Source: a virus
DNA length: 64,000 bases
Strand: one strand, 5' to 3'
IMG/VR virus record: IMGVR_UViG_3300045988_119437
Span: 72,768-136,767 of that record
A program made the translations under genes and the position numbers. This document shows, piece after piece, positions 9,987 through 18,920 of this stretch; the stretch's first letter is position 1; each line of letters opens with the position of its first letter. The notes beneath the pieces are model-generated. The model had not been told where the DNA came from, ran no database searches, and saw only the letters and a list, made by a program, of their open reading frames with translations.

Positions 9987-10845
9987 GGTGAATGTGATGA
10001 GTGCGCTTGAAAACGAAAAGAAAATCGAAAATACTGTTGCTCTTGATTTTTCTGACTACGATTCTTCTAACAAAGAAAAACGTCAGAACGTAGTTAAAAA
10101 GAATTATAGCCTAACTCGTATGGAAGCAAATCATGGGTCAGTTCAGCCAATTAAAGACAAAGAGGATATCAAACGTATTTCAGAATATTTTTGGATTAAA
10201 CGTCAGTACCGCAACTGGTGTTTGTTTAATGTAGGATGTTGCACAGGATTCAGAGCAAGTGATTTGCTTCGTTTGAAGGTTTCTGATGTAGCAGCTACAG
10301 ATATGAATGGAAAGGTTGTGGTGAATTTCAACGCAAAACTTCGTGTTAAGGAAAAGAAAACAAATAAGTATCGCATTCTTAAAGTTCCGGTCCCGGCACT
10401 AAAGTGTATTCAAACTTATATCAATATTGATGGATTGTCTTATGACGATTGGCTCTTCCCGTCTCGGCAAGGCAGTTGGAAGAACTCCATGAGAACAAAC
10501 GGTGGAACAAGCGTGAGTAAATCTGGTGTGTTCCGTAAGTATGATGCGAATCCAAAAGAAATGGGCGATCCGCTTGATGTAGATTCTTTTGGTAGAATCA
10601 TGCGTCAAGTTGGTAAGGAGTTAAATCTTTCTGTACAGCTTGGTTCTCATAGTTGCCGCAAAACTTTCGGATATCAGTTTATTGAATCTCATCCAAATGA
10701 CGTAAAAGCTCTTGCGTGGTTGCAGCATAGTCTGAATCACAGTAGTCAGGCAATTACGCTTCGCTATATTGGTCTGGATGAAGAAGTGGATGATGAATAC
10801 TACTCTGGGATTGATTATGGCGTGGACTGTCATGAAGACTCTTGA
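9976..10845 (+). CDS. tyrosine recombinase (phage integrase family), internal copy
   Basis: GFRASDLLRLK (Arg box), HSCRKTF (His-x-x-Arg box), LRYIG (catalytic Tyr) motifs. Confidence 0.7.
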   Translation: MEFEVNVMSALENEKKIENTVALDFSDYDSSNKEKRQNVVKKNYSLTRMEANHGSVQPIKDKEDIKRISEYFWIKRQYRNWCLFNVGCCTGFRASDLLRLKVSDVAATDMNGKVVVNFNAKLRVKEKKTNKYRILKVPVPALKCIQTYINIDGLSYDDWLFPSRQGSWKNSMRTNGGTSVSKSGVFRKYDANPKEMGDPLDVDSFGRIMRQVGKELNLSVQLGSHSCRKTFGYQFIESHPNDVKALAWLQHSLNHSSQAITLRYIGLDEEVDDEYYSGIDYGVDCHEDS

Positions 10846-11528
10846 GGTGTGTTATGTCTGATACTTATATTAAAATCTGGGATACTTATGAGAGCTACTT
10901 TGAGCCCCTTAGTGCTGCTGAGGTGGGGCGTCTAGTACTGGCGATGATGAAATATAAATCGTCTGGAATGGAGCCTGAACTCAACGGAAATGAGCGGTAT
11001 GTGTGGCCTGCTGTAAAGAGAGATTTAATTAAAGATGCCGAATACATCGAAGGTAAGAGGATTTCTGGTAAAGCTGGTGGCTCATCAAGCAAGCGTAAGC
11101 AAAACGAAGCAAACGCAAGCAAAACAAAGCTAGAAAAAGAAAAAGAGAAAGAAAAAGATAAGATATCGTCTTCGTCTTGTGATGAGACGACAACGACGAA
11201 ATCTATCGAGAATGTATTTCGAGAGAATATCGGGAAACTTGGTGCCACAGGAAAGAAGGCTTTGAATGGGTATGTTGAGCGCATGGGCGATGAACTTGTG
11301 CTTGCCGTGATTGGAAAGTGCTCTGATCTAGGCGGTAGCACATGGGCTTATGTGCGAAAAGCACTGGATGAAGCCGAATCTCTTGGCTGCAAGACTGTTG
11401 ATGATTACCGTCGAGTGTGTCCGATAGGTGGCGGTCGTAATCTTAGAGTGAGTAGGGAGATGCCCAGCGATGGTGATTGGCTGAAAAATGCGACGCATAG
11501 ACGTCCGCTAATAAAGAAAGATGCTTAA
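10842..11528 (+). CDS. DnaD-domain replication protein
   Basis: C-terminal ELVLAVIGKCSDLGGSTWAYVRKALDEAESLG resembles the DnaD/DnaB C-terminal domain; low-complexity KEKEKEK linker. Confidence 0.5.
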   Translation: MRCVMSDTYIKIWDTYESYFEPLSAAEVGRLVLAMMKYKSSGMEPELNGNERYVWPAVKRDLIKDAEYIEGKRISGKAGGSSSKRKQNEANASKTKLEKEKEKEKDKISSSSCDETTTTKSIENVFRENIGKLGATGKKALNGYVERMGDELVLAVIGKCSDLGGSTWAYVRKALDEAESLGCKTVDDYRRVCPIGGGRNLRVSREMPSDGDWLKNATHRRPLIKKDA

Positions 11529-11551
11529 AAGTAATATTTTAGGAGGTCGTT

Positions 11552-11743
11552 ATGGGTAATTGGTATAAAGTGTTTGTTAAAGTACAGGACAATCAACTTG
11601 AAGGATTCTCTGTTTTATATGAGACGGCAGTGACTTTGTTTTCGAAAAATAAATCTGAAGCAAAATCTTTGGCTGTTAAAAGCTTCAGTGAATACGATAA
11701 TTTTGTTGTAAAAAACGTTATGGGTGTTGAGGTTGTAGGATAA
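11552..11743 (+). CDS. hypothetical protein
   Basis: ORF with AGGAGG RBS. Confidence 0.45.
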   Translation: MGNWYKVFVKVQDNQLEGFSVLYETAVTLFSKNKSEAKSLAVKSFSEYDNFVVKNVMGVEVVG

Positions 11744-11944
11744 ATGACACAGATTGAACGAGTTTTAAGAGGTATTATACCTGAAAGTATTGAAGTTGTA
11801 TCGCTATTTTTAGGATATACACCAACAGACGAAGAGTTCACAAATATTCAATTACTTGAAGAATCTTTAGAAATGAGGTTGAAGAGTATGACAGATGATG
11901 AACTTTCGAGATGGGAAAAGTTTCTTGATTGGTATAATGATTGA
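11744..11944 (+). CDS. hypothetical protein
   Basis: Start overlaps previous stop (TAAATG). Confidence 0.45.
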   Translation: MTQIERVLRGIIPESIEVVSLFLGYTPTDEEFTNIQLLEESLEMRLKSMTDDELSRWEKFLDWYND

Positions 11945-11973
11945 TAAAAGAGTGATTTTAGGAGCGTGATTAT

Positions 11974-12159
11974 GTGAATGAAGATATCGTTTTGCGAGGC
12001 GATGAAGCAAAGCGGTTTGTGTATAATCTGCATCATCCCAATGTTGCTAAAATAGTGGAAGAGAATAGACGACGGGATAAGGCACTTGATGAAGTGAACT
12101 ATCAGGAAACAGATGATGGTTTTACGTTTGACATTGATAAAAGTAAATTGGAGGTATAA
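11974..12159 (+). CDS. hypothetical protein (GTG start)
   Basis: GTG after AGGAGCGTG; adjacent ATG would run straight into TGA. Confidence 0.4.
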   Translation: MNEDIVLRGDEAKRFVYNLHHPNVAKIVEENRRRDKALDEVNYQETDDGFTFDIDKSKLEV

Positions 12160-12162
12160 ATT

Positions 12163-12564
12163 ATGGGACTGTTACTTGGTTTGGGTCTGCTTGGTGCGGC
12201 ATTTGCGATTGATGGTGCGAAGCAAGCGCCGTTTGATAGAGCATATCGCCGTCTTGAGAATGAATGGGGAACTTGCACATCGGAAGAAAACAAGCGGTGT
12301 AATGCTCTTGAATACGCAGTCAAGAATGGTTTGTGTTTCGAGGATGAGAAGGAACCGGTTATTACATGGCAGAAGCTGAGGGATCTTCAGTGGAAGTATC
12401 AGCTGGCTGGCATCTCTTGGCCGAGAGAATCTGCGATTCGAGATGTGTGCCGTCTGGCGGCTCGTGACCGTGGATTTGAGTACAAAGGGTATCTGCGAAA
12501 CACATTGACGTTTGGTTATATCACTGATCCGAAAAATATTTGCAAGCTTGGTATTGTAGATTGA
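12163..12564 (+). CDS. hypothetical protein with N-terminal hydrophobic segment
   Basis: MGLLLGLGLLGAAFA signal/TM-like start; GGAGG RBS. Confidence 0.5.
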   Translation: MGLLLGLGLLGAAFAIDGAKQAPFDRAYRRLENEWGTCTSEENKRCNALEYAVKNGLCFEDEKEPVITWQKLRDLQWKYQLAGISWPRESAIRDVCRLAARDRGFEYKGYLRNTLTFGYITDPKNICKLGIVD

Positions 12565-12578
12565 GAGGAAATTTGAAA

Positions 12579-12884
12579 ATGAATAACACTCGTAGAAAAG
12601 CTATTAAGCAGACTATTGATCGTTTTGATTCCATCCGTAAGAAACTGGATGAGCTTGTTGCGGAGGTCGAAAGTGTAAAGTCCGATGTTGAGGACATCCA
12701 GTGGGAAGAAGAAGAGTATCGTGACAATATGCCGGAGAACCTACAGGGAAGTGAGCGGTATGACAAGGCAGACGAGGCATGTACAAATCTATCCGATGCG
12801 GTGGATGCTCTGGATGATATGATTGGTGTACTGGACTTCGATTTTGGTGATGTGACTACTTCTCTGGAGGAAGCGATGGAATGA
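12579..12884 (+). CDS. hypothetical acidic protein
   Basis: ATG 12579 after GAGAGGAAATTTG; track ORF starts earlier at a non-ATG. Confidence 0.5.
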   Translation: MNNTRRKAIKQTIDRFDSIRKKLDELVAEVESVKSDVEDIQWEEEEYRDNMPENLQGSERYDKADEACTNLSDAVDALDDMIGVLDFDFGDVTTSLEEAME

Positions 12885-13069
12885 TTAAGAATACAAACCC
12901 ATTAAAGAGAAGTGCATGGGCTGTGTTCTTATACAGGGGCAAGCAAGTTTGTTCGTATCTTTTGCGTAATAGCAATCTTGGGGACAAGGAACGCATGGTA
13001 GAGCTGCTGGCACGAAGGTACATGACAGAGCCTGAGAATATTGTTGTAGATATTGAATTTAGAGATTGA
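12881..13069 (+). CDS. hypothetical protein
   Basis: ATGA overlap with previous gene. Confidence 0.45.
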   Translation: MIKNTNPLKRSAWAVFLYRGKQVCSYLLRNSNLGDKERMVELLARRYMTEPENIVVDIEFRD

Positions 13070-13170
13070 GGTGATAGAGAATGACCGCGTTTGCAATGTT
13101 TGCTTTTAATGTGGCACTGATAATAACAGTGAATAGTAATCCATTTGCGTTTTGATTGAGAGGTGTGGAT

Positions 13171-13359
13171 ATGAGTATGTTGCAAGAAGAGTATAATTTG
13201 ACGGATGAAGGACTTAAACAGTTGCTTTATGATATTCGACATCCGAGTATGGAAGCTATTATATGTCGTGAAAAGATGTACAAAACATATTTATCGAATG
13301 TAGATGTTGAATATGATGGTGAATCAGAAGTGGTTGATTTTAAAGATTTAAATATTTGA
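13171..13359 (+). CDS. hypothetical protein
   Basis: ATG after GAGAGGTGTGG RBS. Confidence 0.5.
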   Translation: MSMLQEEYNLTDEGLKQLLYDIRHPSMEAIICREKMYKTYLSNVDVEYDGESEVVDFKDLNI

Positions 13360-13373
13360 CTGGAGGGGTAAAT

Positions 13374-13631
13374 ATGAATATTCTGAGTTTTAATGGAAAT
13401 GAAAATCCAAAAGGGAGAGATGGTGATGCCGTTATTAAGTTAAGCTACCAGGAATTGTTTAAGTTAAATAATATTTTATATCACGCTCAAAAAGGTGGTG
13501 AGATAAAGGACGTAGTGGACTTTAATATTCGAAGAAATTTTTACATGGCGCTTAATTTGGTTCAACATGGTAGTCTGGATTCTATTTCGTTAGAAATTAT
13601 GTTAAAACTTTATGAAAACAATAAAACCTAA
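13374..13631 (+). CDS. hypothetical protein
   Basis: ATG after TGGAGGGG RBS. Confidence 0.5.
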   Translation: MNILSFNGNENPKGRDGDAVIKLSYQELFKLNNILYHAQKGGEIKDVVDFNIRRNFYMALNLVQHGSLDSISLEIMLKLYENNKT

Positions 13632-13652
13632 ATTCTTTGGAGGGAAAATGAA

Positions 13653-14162
13653 ATGATTATTACTATGTATCGAAGAAAATGGAAGTTCTCAGTGATGAGT
13701 GCAGAAGATGCGGAAAACTTTATCCGACAGCCGCATTTCGAACGAATTCGGTTTATTTCAATTACTGAAGCTAATGGCTATCACATTGATTTTCATAAGT
13801 GTGAAGGTAACATCACATTCCTTCCATTGAAGTTTGATGATTGCACTACTGATCTGGAAGGTACATGTATTACGGATATTCAAGCTAGGAATATTGTGAA
13901 ATTTGTCTTGGATAACCACGAAGCAGATAAGACCGATTGGTTCTGCGTAAATTGTGCTGCTGGCGTATCGAGATCTGCAGCCGTGTGTGCTGCTATTATG
14001 AGAATTCTGTGTAATGACGATATGCCGGTATTCACCAACAGTCATTTTTGTCCAAATATGACAGTGTACCGTGAAGTGCTCAATGCTTGGATCAATCGCC
14101 TATCCGATAAGAACGACATGATTTCGACTGAGGTATGGAATGCTGTGAACCAGGATATGTAA
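13653..14162 (+). CDS. protein-tyrosine/dual-specificity phosphatase-fold protein (CX5R)
   Basis: WFCVNCAAGVSRSAAVCAAI contains the Cys-X5-Arg-Ser P-loop of cysteine phosphatases. Confidence 0.55.
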   Translation: MIITMYRRKWKFSVMSAEDAENFIRQPHFERIRFISITEANGYHIDFHKCEGNITFLPLKFDDCTTDLEGTCITDIQARNIVKFVLDNHEADKTDWFCVNCAAGVSRSAAVCAAIMRILCNDDMPVFTNSHFCPNMTVYREVLNAWINRLSDKNDMISTEVWNAVNQDM

Positions 14163-14179
14163 AACAAAGAAGTGAAAAA

Positions 14180-14422
14180 ATGACAAACACGAAAGAAAAA
14201 GAACTGCGGGCTGGTGTTATGAAAGTTGTCAGCTGGTTGGATAATAATTGGCGTTGGATTCATACCAATGATTTTGGAGATGAAGAAAAGGCAATGGATT
14301 CCGTTGAGATTTACCATACAGTCTTGAATACGATTGAGATGCTTGGTGGTGATTGGCAGCGTGACGAGAATGGAAAGCATCGGGTGTTTATCGCCGGAGT
14401 TGGTGGAAAGGCAGAAGAATAA
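14180..14422 (+). CDS. hypothetical protein
   Basis: ATG 14180 after AGAAGTGAAAAA; track start lies inside previous gene. Confidence 0.45.
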   Translation: MTNTKEKELRAGVMKVVSWLDNNWRWIHTNDFGDEEKAMDSVEIYHTVLNTIEMLGGDWQRDENGKHRVFIAGVGGKAEE

Positions 14423-14437
14423 AGGTGGTGAACAACA

Positions 14438-14653
14438 ATGAAGATTGATTTGACTCTCAATGAAGCACGAGTTATACAAGATGCGCTTGATGCGACGAGC
14501 TTGTGTCGGTCTGGATGCTATATTGGTTACAAGAGTGACGATGAGGATTTGTGTTTCAGACTTGATAAGAACGGAAACTATCGCTGTAGGCTGATGCGTG
14601 AAATCGATTCTATCAATGGCAAGATCGAAAATGCAATACACAATGGTCGATAA
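14438..14653 (+). CDS. hypothetical protein
   Basis: ORF with AAGGTGGTG RBS. Confidence 0.5.
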   Translation: MKIDLTLNEARVIQDALDATSLCRSGCYIGYKSDDEDLCFRLDKNGNYRCRLMREIDSINGKIENAIHNGR

Positions 14654-14758
14654 AATCCGGGTTCTTATGAAATTGCTGTAAAAAGCTTAACGACAACTGG
14701 TTATGCTGTTAAACTTTGCATAATCACAGAATGCGCAAGCATGGAATGAGGTGGACTT

Positions 14759-15058
14759 ATGAATTTACAAGGACTTGAAAATAAAAAATGGGACTTTAAT
14801 AAACAAGAGGAACTAGCTATCTCTTGGCTATTAAAACATGGCTTTGAGGTGAAATTGAAAAAACAGTATACATCAAAGGATATTTATACGGTAACAAAAG
14901 ATGGTATTTTAGATGAATTTATCTTTCCGAATAACCAGAAGAACATGAACGTTCGGGCTTTTATGGAAAGATATGAGAAAAATTTTGAAACAAAGAAAGA
15001 ACTCATAAAATTAAGAGCAGAGGCATCGGATAATGGTTTGATTAAAGAACGTAGTTGA
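14759..15058 (+). CDS. hypothetical protein
   Basis: ORF after 105-nt AT-rich intergenic region carrying promoter-like TTGCAT/CATAAT. Confidence 0.5.
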   Translation: MNLQGLENKKWDFNKQEELAISWLLKHGFEVKLKKQYTSKDIYTVTKDGILDEFIFPNNQKNMNVRAFMERYEKNFETKKELIKLRAEASDNGLIKERS

Positions 15059-15089
15059 TGTGATAAAAGTTAAGTTCTAGGAGGATTCT

Positions 15090-15305
15090 ATGAAATTCTA
15101 TGTAATTAAAACCACAAAAAATGGTATTGAGTACAAAAAATATAAATGTATAGATGGATGGACAAAAGAGAAAACGGCAAGTTGGCAATTTTCAAAACAA
15201 GGAGCGGAAAGGATCGCTAAAAGATTAAATGATTCTGTAAAAGGACACGAGCATGAAATTCATTACAATGTGTTAGCTGCTAAAAATGATTTGGATAACT
15301 TTTGA
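15090..15305 (+). CDS. hypothetical protein
   Basis: ORF with AGGAGG RBS. Confidence 0.5.
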   Translation: MKFYVIKTTKNGIEYKKYKCIDGWTKEKTASWQFSKQGAERIAKRLNDSVKGHEHEIHYNVLAAKNDLDNF

Positions 15306-15352
15306 GTGAAAAGGTATGTCTAATAAAAGCTGAGATTTAGGGAGACATAGTT

Positions 15353-15583
15353 ATGAGTGAATATAAATTAAAGCCGTGTCCTTTTTGTGGTGGAGAAGTT
15401 ACCGTTGCAGAGGGCAGTTATCGCCAAACACGATGGATGTATGTTACGAGAGGAAACAAAGAAAATAGGTGCAACTGCCATGTTTTCATGGAAAGCAAAA
15501 CTTACTACTTTGATTCCTCTGAAAAAGACAAGGAAAGAATCAAAGCCGACCTTATCGAAGCGTGGAATAAGCGAGTCGAATAA
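15353..15583 (+). CDS. Lar-family restriction alleviation-like protein
   Basis: N-terminal KLKPCPFCGG motif, 76 aa, typical of Lar-like proteins. Confidence 0.5.
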   Translation: MSEYKLKPCPFCGGEVTVAEGSYRQTRWMYVTRGNKENRCNCHVFMESKTYYFDSSEKDKERIKADLIEAWNKRVE

Positions 15584-15611
15584 AAACTAAGATTTAATGG
15601 AGGAAAATATT

Positions 15612-15815
15612 ATGAGCGAAACAAATCATGAAAAGAACAAACATGAAGTGACTCGACTTGACGCAATTAGAAAGATAGACATTATGGGGCTTGAAAAGTT
15701 TCTTGAGAACATTCAGAAGTATCCAGACCGTTATCCCAAGAATAAATTTGAATGGATTGTATGGTTACAGGAACCAGTTGAAGATAGAGTACATTTTGAT
15801 AATAAGGTGTTTTAA
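15612..15815 (+). CDS. hypothetical protein
   Basis: ATG 15612 after ATGGAGGAAAATATT; the earlier ATG lies inside the RBS. Confidence 0.45.
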   Translation: MSETNHEKNKHEVTRLDAIRKIDIMGLEKFLENIQKYPDRYPKNKFEWIVWLQEPVEDRVHFDNKVF

Positions 15816-15816
15816 A

Positions 15817-16152
15817 ATGATTTATACCGTAACAATGATTGACTCGTTTAAGAACGAGCAGAATGCGAAATTTAGTTCGCCAGTGTCAAATACCAAAGGC
15901 ATCTACTGGATGCCGGACGACAGTTGGATTGCTGGATTCTTTACAGATTTAGCAGAGGCTATTCGAGTTGTTAAGGAAAACGTGACTGACATCTTTGAAC
16001 ATTGTTACAACTACGCAGTCGTTGAAGGATACGAGGAAGGTCTGTATCCAAGACCAGAATTGACGAGGTGGTTTAAATATGATGCTGAGAGTGACACAGC
16101 ATTCGAGATTGAACCGCCGCTGCATAATAATGTGTGTGGATATGCGTTTTGA
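15817..16152 (+). CDS. hypothetical protein
   Basis: ATG after AAGGTG; track ORF started upstream inside previous gene. Confidence 0.45.
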   Translation: MIYTVTMIDSFKNEQNAKFSSPVSNTKGIYWMPDDSWIAGFFTDLAEAIRVVKENVTDIFEHCYNYAVVEGYEEGLYPRPELTRWFKYDAESDTAFEIEPPLHNNVCGYAF

Positions 16153-16169
16153 AGAAGGAGAATAAGACT

Positions 16170-16325
16170 ATGAGTAGTGTACTTATTGATCGGAACGCAG
16201 CTAAGAAGGTAGAATCTATCTTCGAGCATCCTGATAAGATCTATTCGGTGTATTTGAAGGCTGGCGGAGATGTCGTTTGGCTGCAAGGTGAAATTGAGCT
16301 GTATGAATTTTTGCGCAGCTTATAA
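16170..16325 (+). CDS. hypothetical small protein
   Basis: ATG after AAGGAGAATAAG RBS. Confidence 0.45.
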   Translation: MSSVLIDRNAAKKVESIFEHPDKIYSVYLKAGGDVVWLQGEIELYEFLRSL

Positions 16326-16346
16326 AACCAATATTTTTGAAGGGAA

Positions 16347-16973
16347 GTGATTTTCATTAACTCTAATTTGTTAATAAATTGTGAGCAAAGTGTTGCTATT
16401 GTGTGTATAATGTGCTTGCTGGCAGGGAATCTGGTATCGAAGATCAGCCCGGTAATTCAAAATCAGAGCAATTCGTACCTTTATAATAGTAGTCCTCCGG
16501 CAGTAAGTGTTGTGCAGCAAGAGGAAAAGGAACCAGAAGTCATCGTAAAAACTGTTATCGAAACGCGTGTGGTAAACTTCAGTCAGGGAAAGCGCGAACT
16601 CACTAATGATGAGCGTGCTCTTGCGGAGCAGATCGTTGCTTGTGAAGCAGGTGCTGATAGCCTAGAAGGTCAGATGGCTGTGGCTCAATGTCTTTATGAT
16701 TCTGCCGTACTTGATGGTCTAACCATCCAGCAGGTCTTTAAGAAGTATGGTTATAGTTCCTTATATAATAGGAAGGTGACGGCAGAGAACGAATTGGCTG
16801 TGTCTATGGTGTTTGATTACGGCGCTAAAATTTCAGACAAACCAATTCAATGGTTTGTGACCCCGGCGGCAGCTTCCGGCAGTTGGCACGAGCGCGGAGC
16901 AACGTTCGCTGGACAATTTGGCGCACATAGGTTCTATTACAACGCGGAACTGGTTGTGGATGATGCCGAGTGA
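16347..16973 (+). CDS. SleB-like cell-wall hydrolase domain protein with N-terminal membrane anchor
   Basis: ALAEQIVACEAGADSLEGQMAVAQCLYDS matches the SleB hydrolase core; hydrophobic N-terminus; start codon uncertain (GTG). Confidence 0.55.
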   Translation: MIFINSNLLINCEQSVAIVCIMCLLAGNLVSKISPVIQNQSNSYLYNSSPPAVSVVQQEEKEPEVIVKTVIETRVVNFSQGKRELTNDERALAEQIVACEAGADSLEGQMAVAQCLYDSAVLDGLTIQQVFKKYGYSSLYNRKVTAENELAVSMVFDYGAKISDKPIQWFVTPAAASGSWHERGATFAGQFGAHRFYYNAELVVDDAE

Positions 16974-17097
16974 ATGGCATCATCTAAAATTTTAAACTTT
17001 TACAACAACAAAAAGATGTATAATATATTGGCTAAAACAAAAAGATGTGTATAATATATCTTGAAAGTTGTCTAAATGAGTGGAGGGCGGTGTTTTA

Positions 17098-17424
17098 ATG
17101 CGTGAGAAAAAGGTTTTGGAAATTATACAGGTTGAAAACTTTTTGAAGTACATAAGAAAAAAGCGAGTGTGGGTCTGCTTTATTTGTAATGGTGTGGATG
17201 TTCACATGATCTGCAAGAAGATGAACGATATTGGTGTAGAGACACATGGGATTGTCAAAGGCATTGGATTTTTTGGAAACGAAAGTCATGTTGAGCTGCG
17301 GCAAGAATGCTACGAAGTAAGGAGGGTTGAGTTTAGGCCGGGCGATAAAGAGAAAGCGTATGAGATGATCTTCGATAACACCAGCGTGTTCGTATCAGAG
17401 AATCCAGAGTTGTACGGGCACTAA
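17098..17424 (+). CDS. hypothetical protein
   Basis: ATG after GAGTGGAGGGCGG; preceded by two tandem -10-like boxes (17003-17065). Confidence 0.5.
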   Translation: MREKKVLEIIQVENFLKYIRKKRVWVCFICNGVDVHMICKKMNDIGVETHGIVKGIGFFGNESHVELRQECYEVRRVEFRPGDKEKAYEMIFDNTSVFVSENPELYGH

Positions 17425-17443
17425 AAATATTTTCGAAAACCTA

Positions 17444-17472
17444 TTGACTTCTGTAAAGGTATCCTGTATAAT
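17444..17472 (+). promoter_or_regulatory. consensus sigma70-type promoter (TTGACT-17-TATAAT) carrying the GTATCCTGTATAATATAG motif
   Basis: TTGACT at 17444-17449, 17-nt spacer, TATAAT at 17467-17472; near-identical to the promoter at 42167. Confidence 0.6.
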
Positions 17473-17515
17473 ATAGCTATGGAACGGAGCTACACTATTA
17501 TAGAGGAGAAAGACT

Positions 17516-17935
17516 ATGGACAACAATATTGACCCAAAGGTCGGAGAGGTTTGGTTGGTTGATCTATCCAATGCGACAGGTCATCAGCAGCGCGGTATTC
17601 GACCGTTCGTTGTGACGAGTAACAATAAGCGCAACTTCTTCAGTCCCACAATCAAAGGGAATCCGTTGTCTTCCAGAACATACAAGCGTTCTCCGGTTCA
17701 TGTCCTGCTCTCAAAGGAAGATTGCGATTTCCTAGAGGTTGACAGTATCGTTCTCTGTGAAGAGACTGACACACTTAACAAAGGGCAGTTTATCAAAAAG
17801 CTTGGTGTCTTGTCTGAGCGTCATATGAATATGATCGCAATGGCCAGATGCAAGGATGAACCGTTTTTGATCTCGGCGTTCGTGAGCGGCGTACAACATA
17901 CTATGGAATTTCAGAATTTTGCCGCATTTGCTTGA
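17516..17935 (+). CDS. MazF/PemK-family toxin-like endoribonuclease (no cognate antitoxin seen)
   Basis: GEVWLVDLSNATGHQQRGIRPFVVTS matches the PemK/MazF N-terminal beta-strand motif; own promoter and GGAGGAG RBS. Confidence 0.6.
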   Translation: MDNNIDPKVGEVWLVDLSNATGHQQRGIRPFVVTSNNKRNFFSPTIKGNPLSSRTYKRSPVHVLLSKEDCDFLEVDSIVLCEETDTLNKGQFIKKLGVLSERHMNMIAMARCKDEPFLISAFVSGVQHTMEFQNFAAFA

Positions 17936-17988
17936 TTTTTTATAAGGGTTAATGGTACACTACATATAATAAGAAGGAGTGTGCCATT

Positions 17989-18915
17989 ATGCTTACTGAA
18001 GAAAAGATCAACGCTTTTGCTGAAAAGTATTCTGATAGAAGCGGCGAGTTTGTTATATCGACACTTAACCATGTTATGGACTACGAAGCGGAGTGCGGGT
18101 ATGAGTTATTCGACTTCACAAAAGATGATTTTGTAAAGATGTTTGCCAAATACAATTGGGTAAACTCAAGTCGTTCATTCAGAAATGTGAAATCGATAAT
18201 CACTGGTTATATCAAGAACGAAAATCGTACAAGCATGTATGATTTGGCTGAATTCTCAGAGAGCGATGTGAGTTCAGACAATATGTACGAGGACAAGTAT
18301 TTTGCATCGGTTGATGAGTTTGTTGGTTTCTTAAACAAGTATGAAGAAGCGTATCAGATTCGTATGAATGTGATTGCTGTTTTGTACTGGATCGGTCTTA
18401 CTTCTAGTGAGGTTTCTAATCTAACAATTAACGATGTAGACTTTGAATCTCGTACTGTCCTCGATAGGACTGATGTTGACGCAAGGTTGATGGATATCAT
18501 CAAGCAGTGTTATGAAATGAAACAGTATGATGCGCCCAATATGGGAGGATACAGAACATTTTATGTCATAAATGGTGATTACATTCTTCGTAAAACAGAG
18601 GATAGAACTGGTGTAGACAGCGACCCGAAGATGTCTGTAAATACAATCCATAGTTATTTTGTGAGGCTGAATGACATTCTCGAAAAAAGACATCATACAA
18701 AGATTTTAGATCGAAGACATCTGACCAGAAATGGTGAGTATGTGAAGGTCTACGATTACTGTAAGAGTAATTCAGAGTTCAACCTTGCGGAGCTTAGTTT
18801 CGGAAATGGTAAAAAACCTCTTGCAGACATTATTGGAAGAAAGTGTAGCAAGGTAGCTTACATTAGTTTCCGGCAGGGATACAAGGGCTGGGTCGAATAC
18901 TTCCACAAAAATTAA
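17989..18915 (+). CDS. hypothetical protein (308 aa)
   Basis: ORF behind TATAAT box at 17967 and AAGGAG RBS; weak integrase-like segment LYWIGLTSSEV. Confidence 0.55.
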   Translation: MLTEEKINAFAEKYSDRSGEFVISTLNHVMDYEAECGYELFDFTKDDFVKMFAKYNWVNSSRSFRNVKSIITGYIKNENRTSMYDLAEFSESDVSSDNMYEDKYFASVDEFVGFLNKYEEAYQIRMNVIAVLYWIGLTSSEVSNLTINDVDFESRTVLDRTDVDARLMDIIKQCYEMKQYDAPNMGGYRTFYVINGDYILRKTEDRTGVDSDPKMSVNTIHSYFVRLNDILEKRHHTKILDRRHLTRNGEYVKVYDYCKSNSEFNLAELSFGNGKKPLADIIGRKCSKVAYISFRQGYKGWVEYFHKN

Positions 18916-18920
18916 AAACA

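Noticed and set aside
11100-11170. Short periodic AAAGAAAAAGAGAAAGAAAAAGA repeat
   Set aside because: It lies inside the DnaD-domain ORF and encodes a KEKEKEK linker; it is coding low-complexity sequence, not a CRISPR array or regulatory array. No CRISPR arrays are present in the window.
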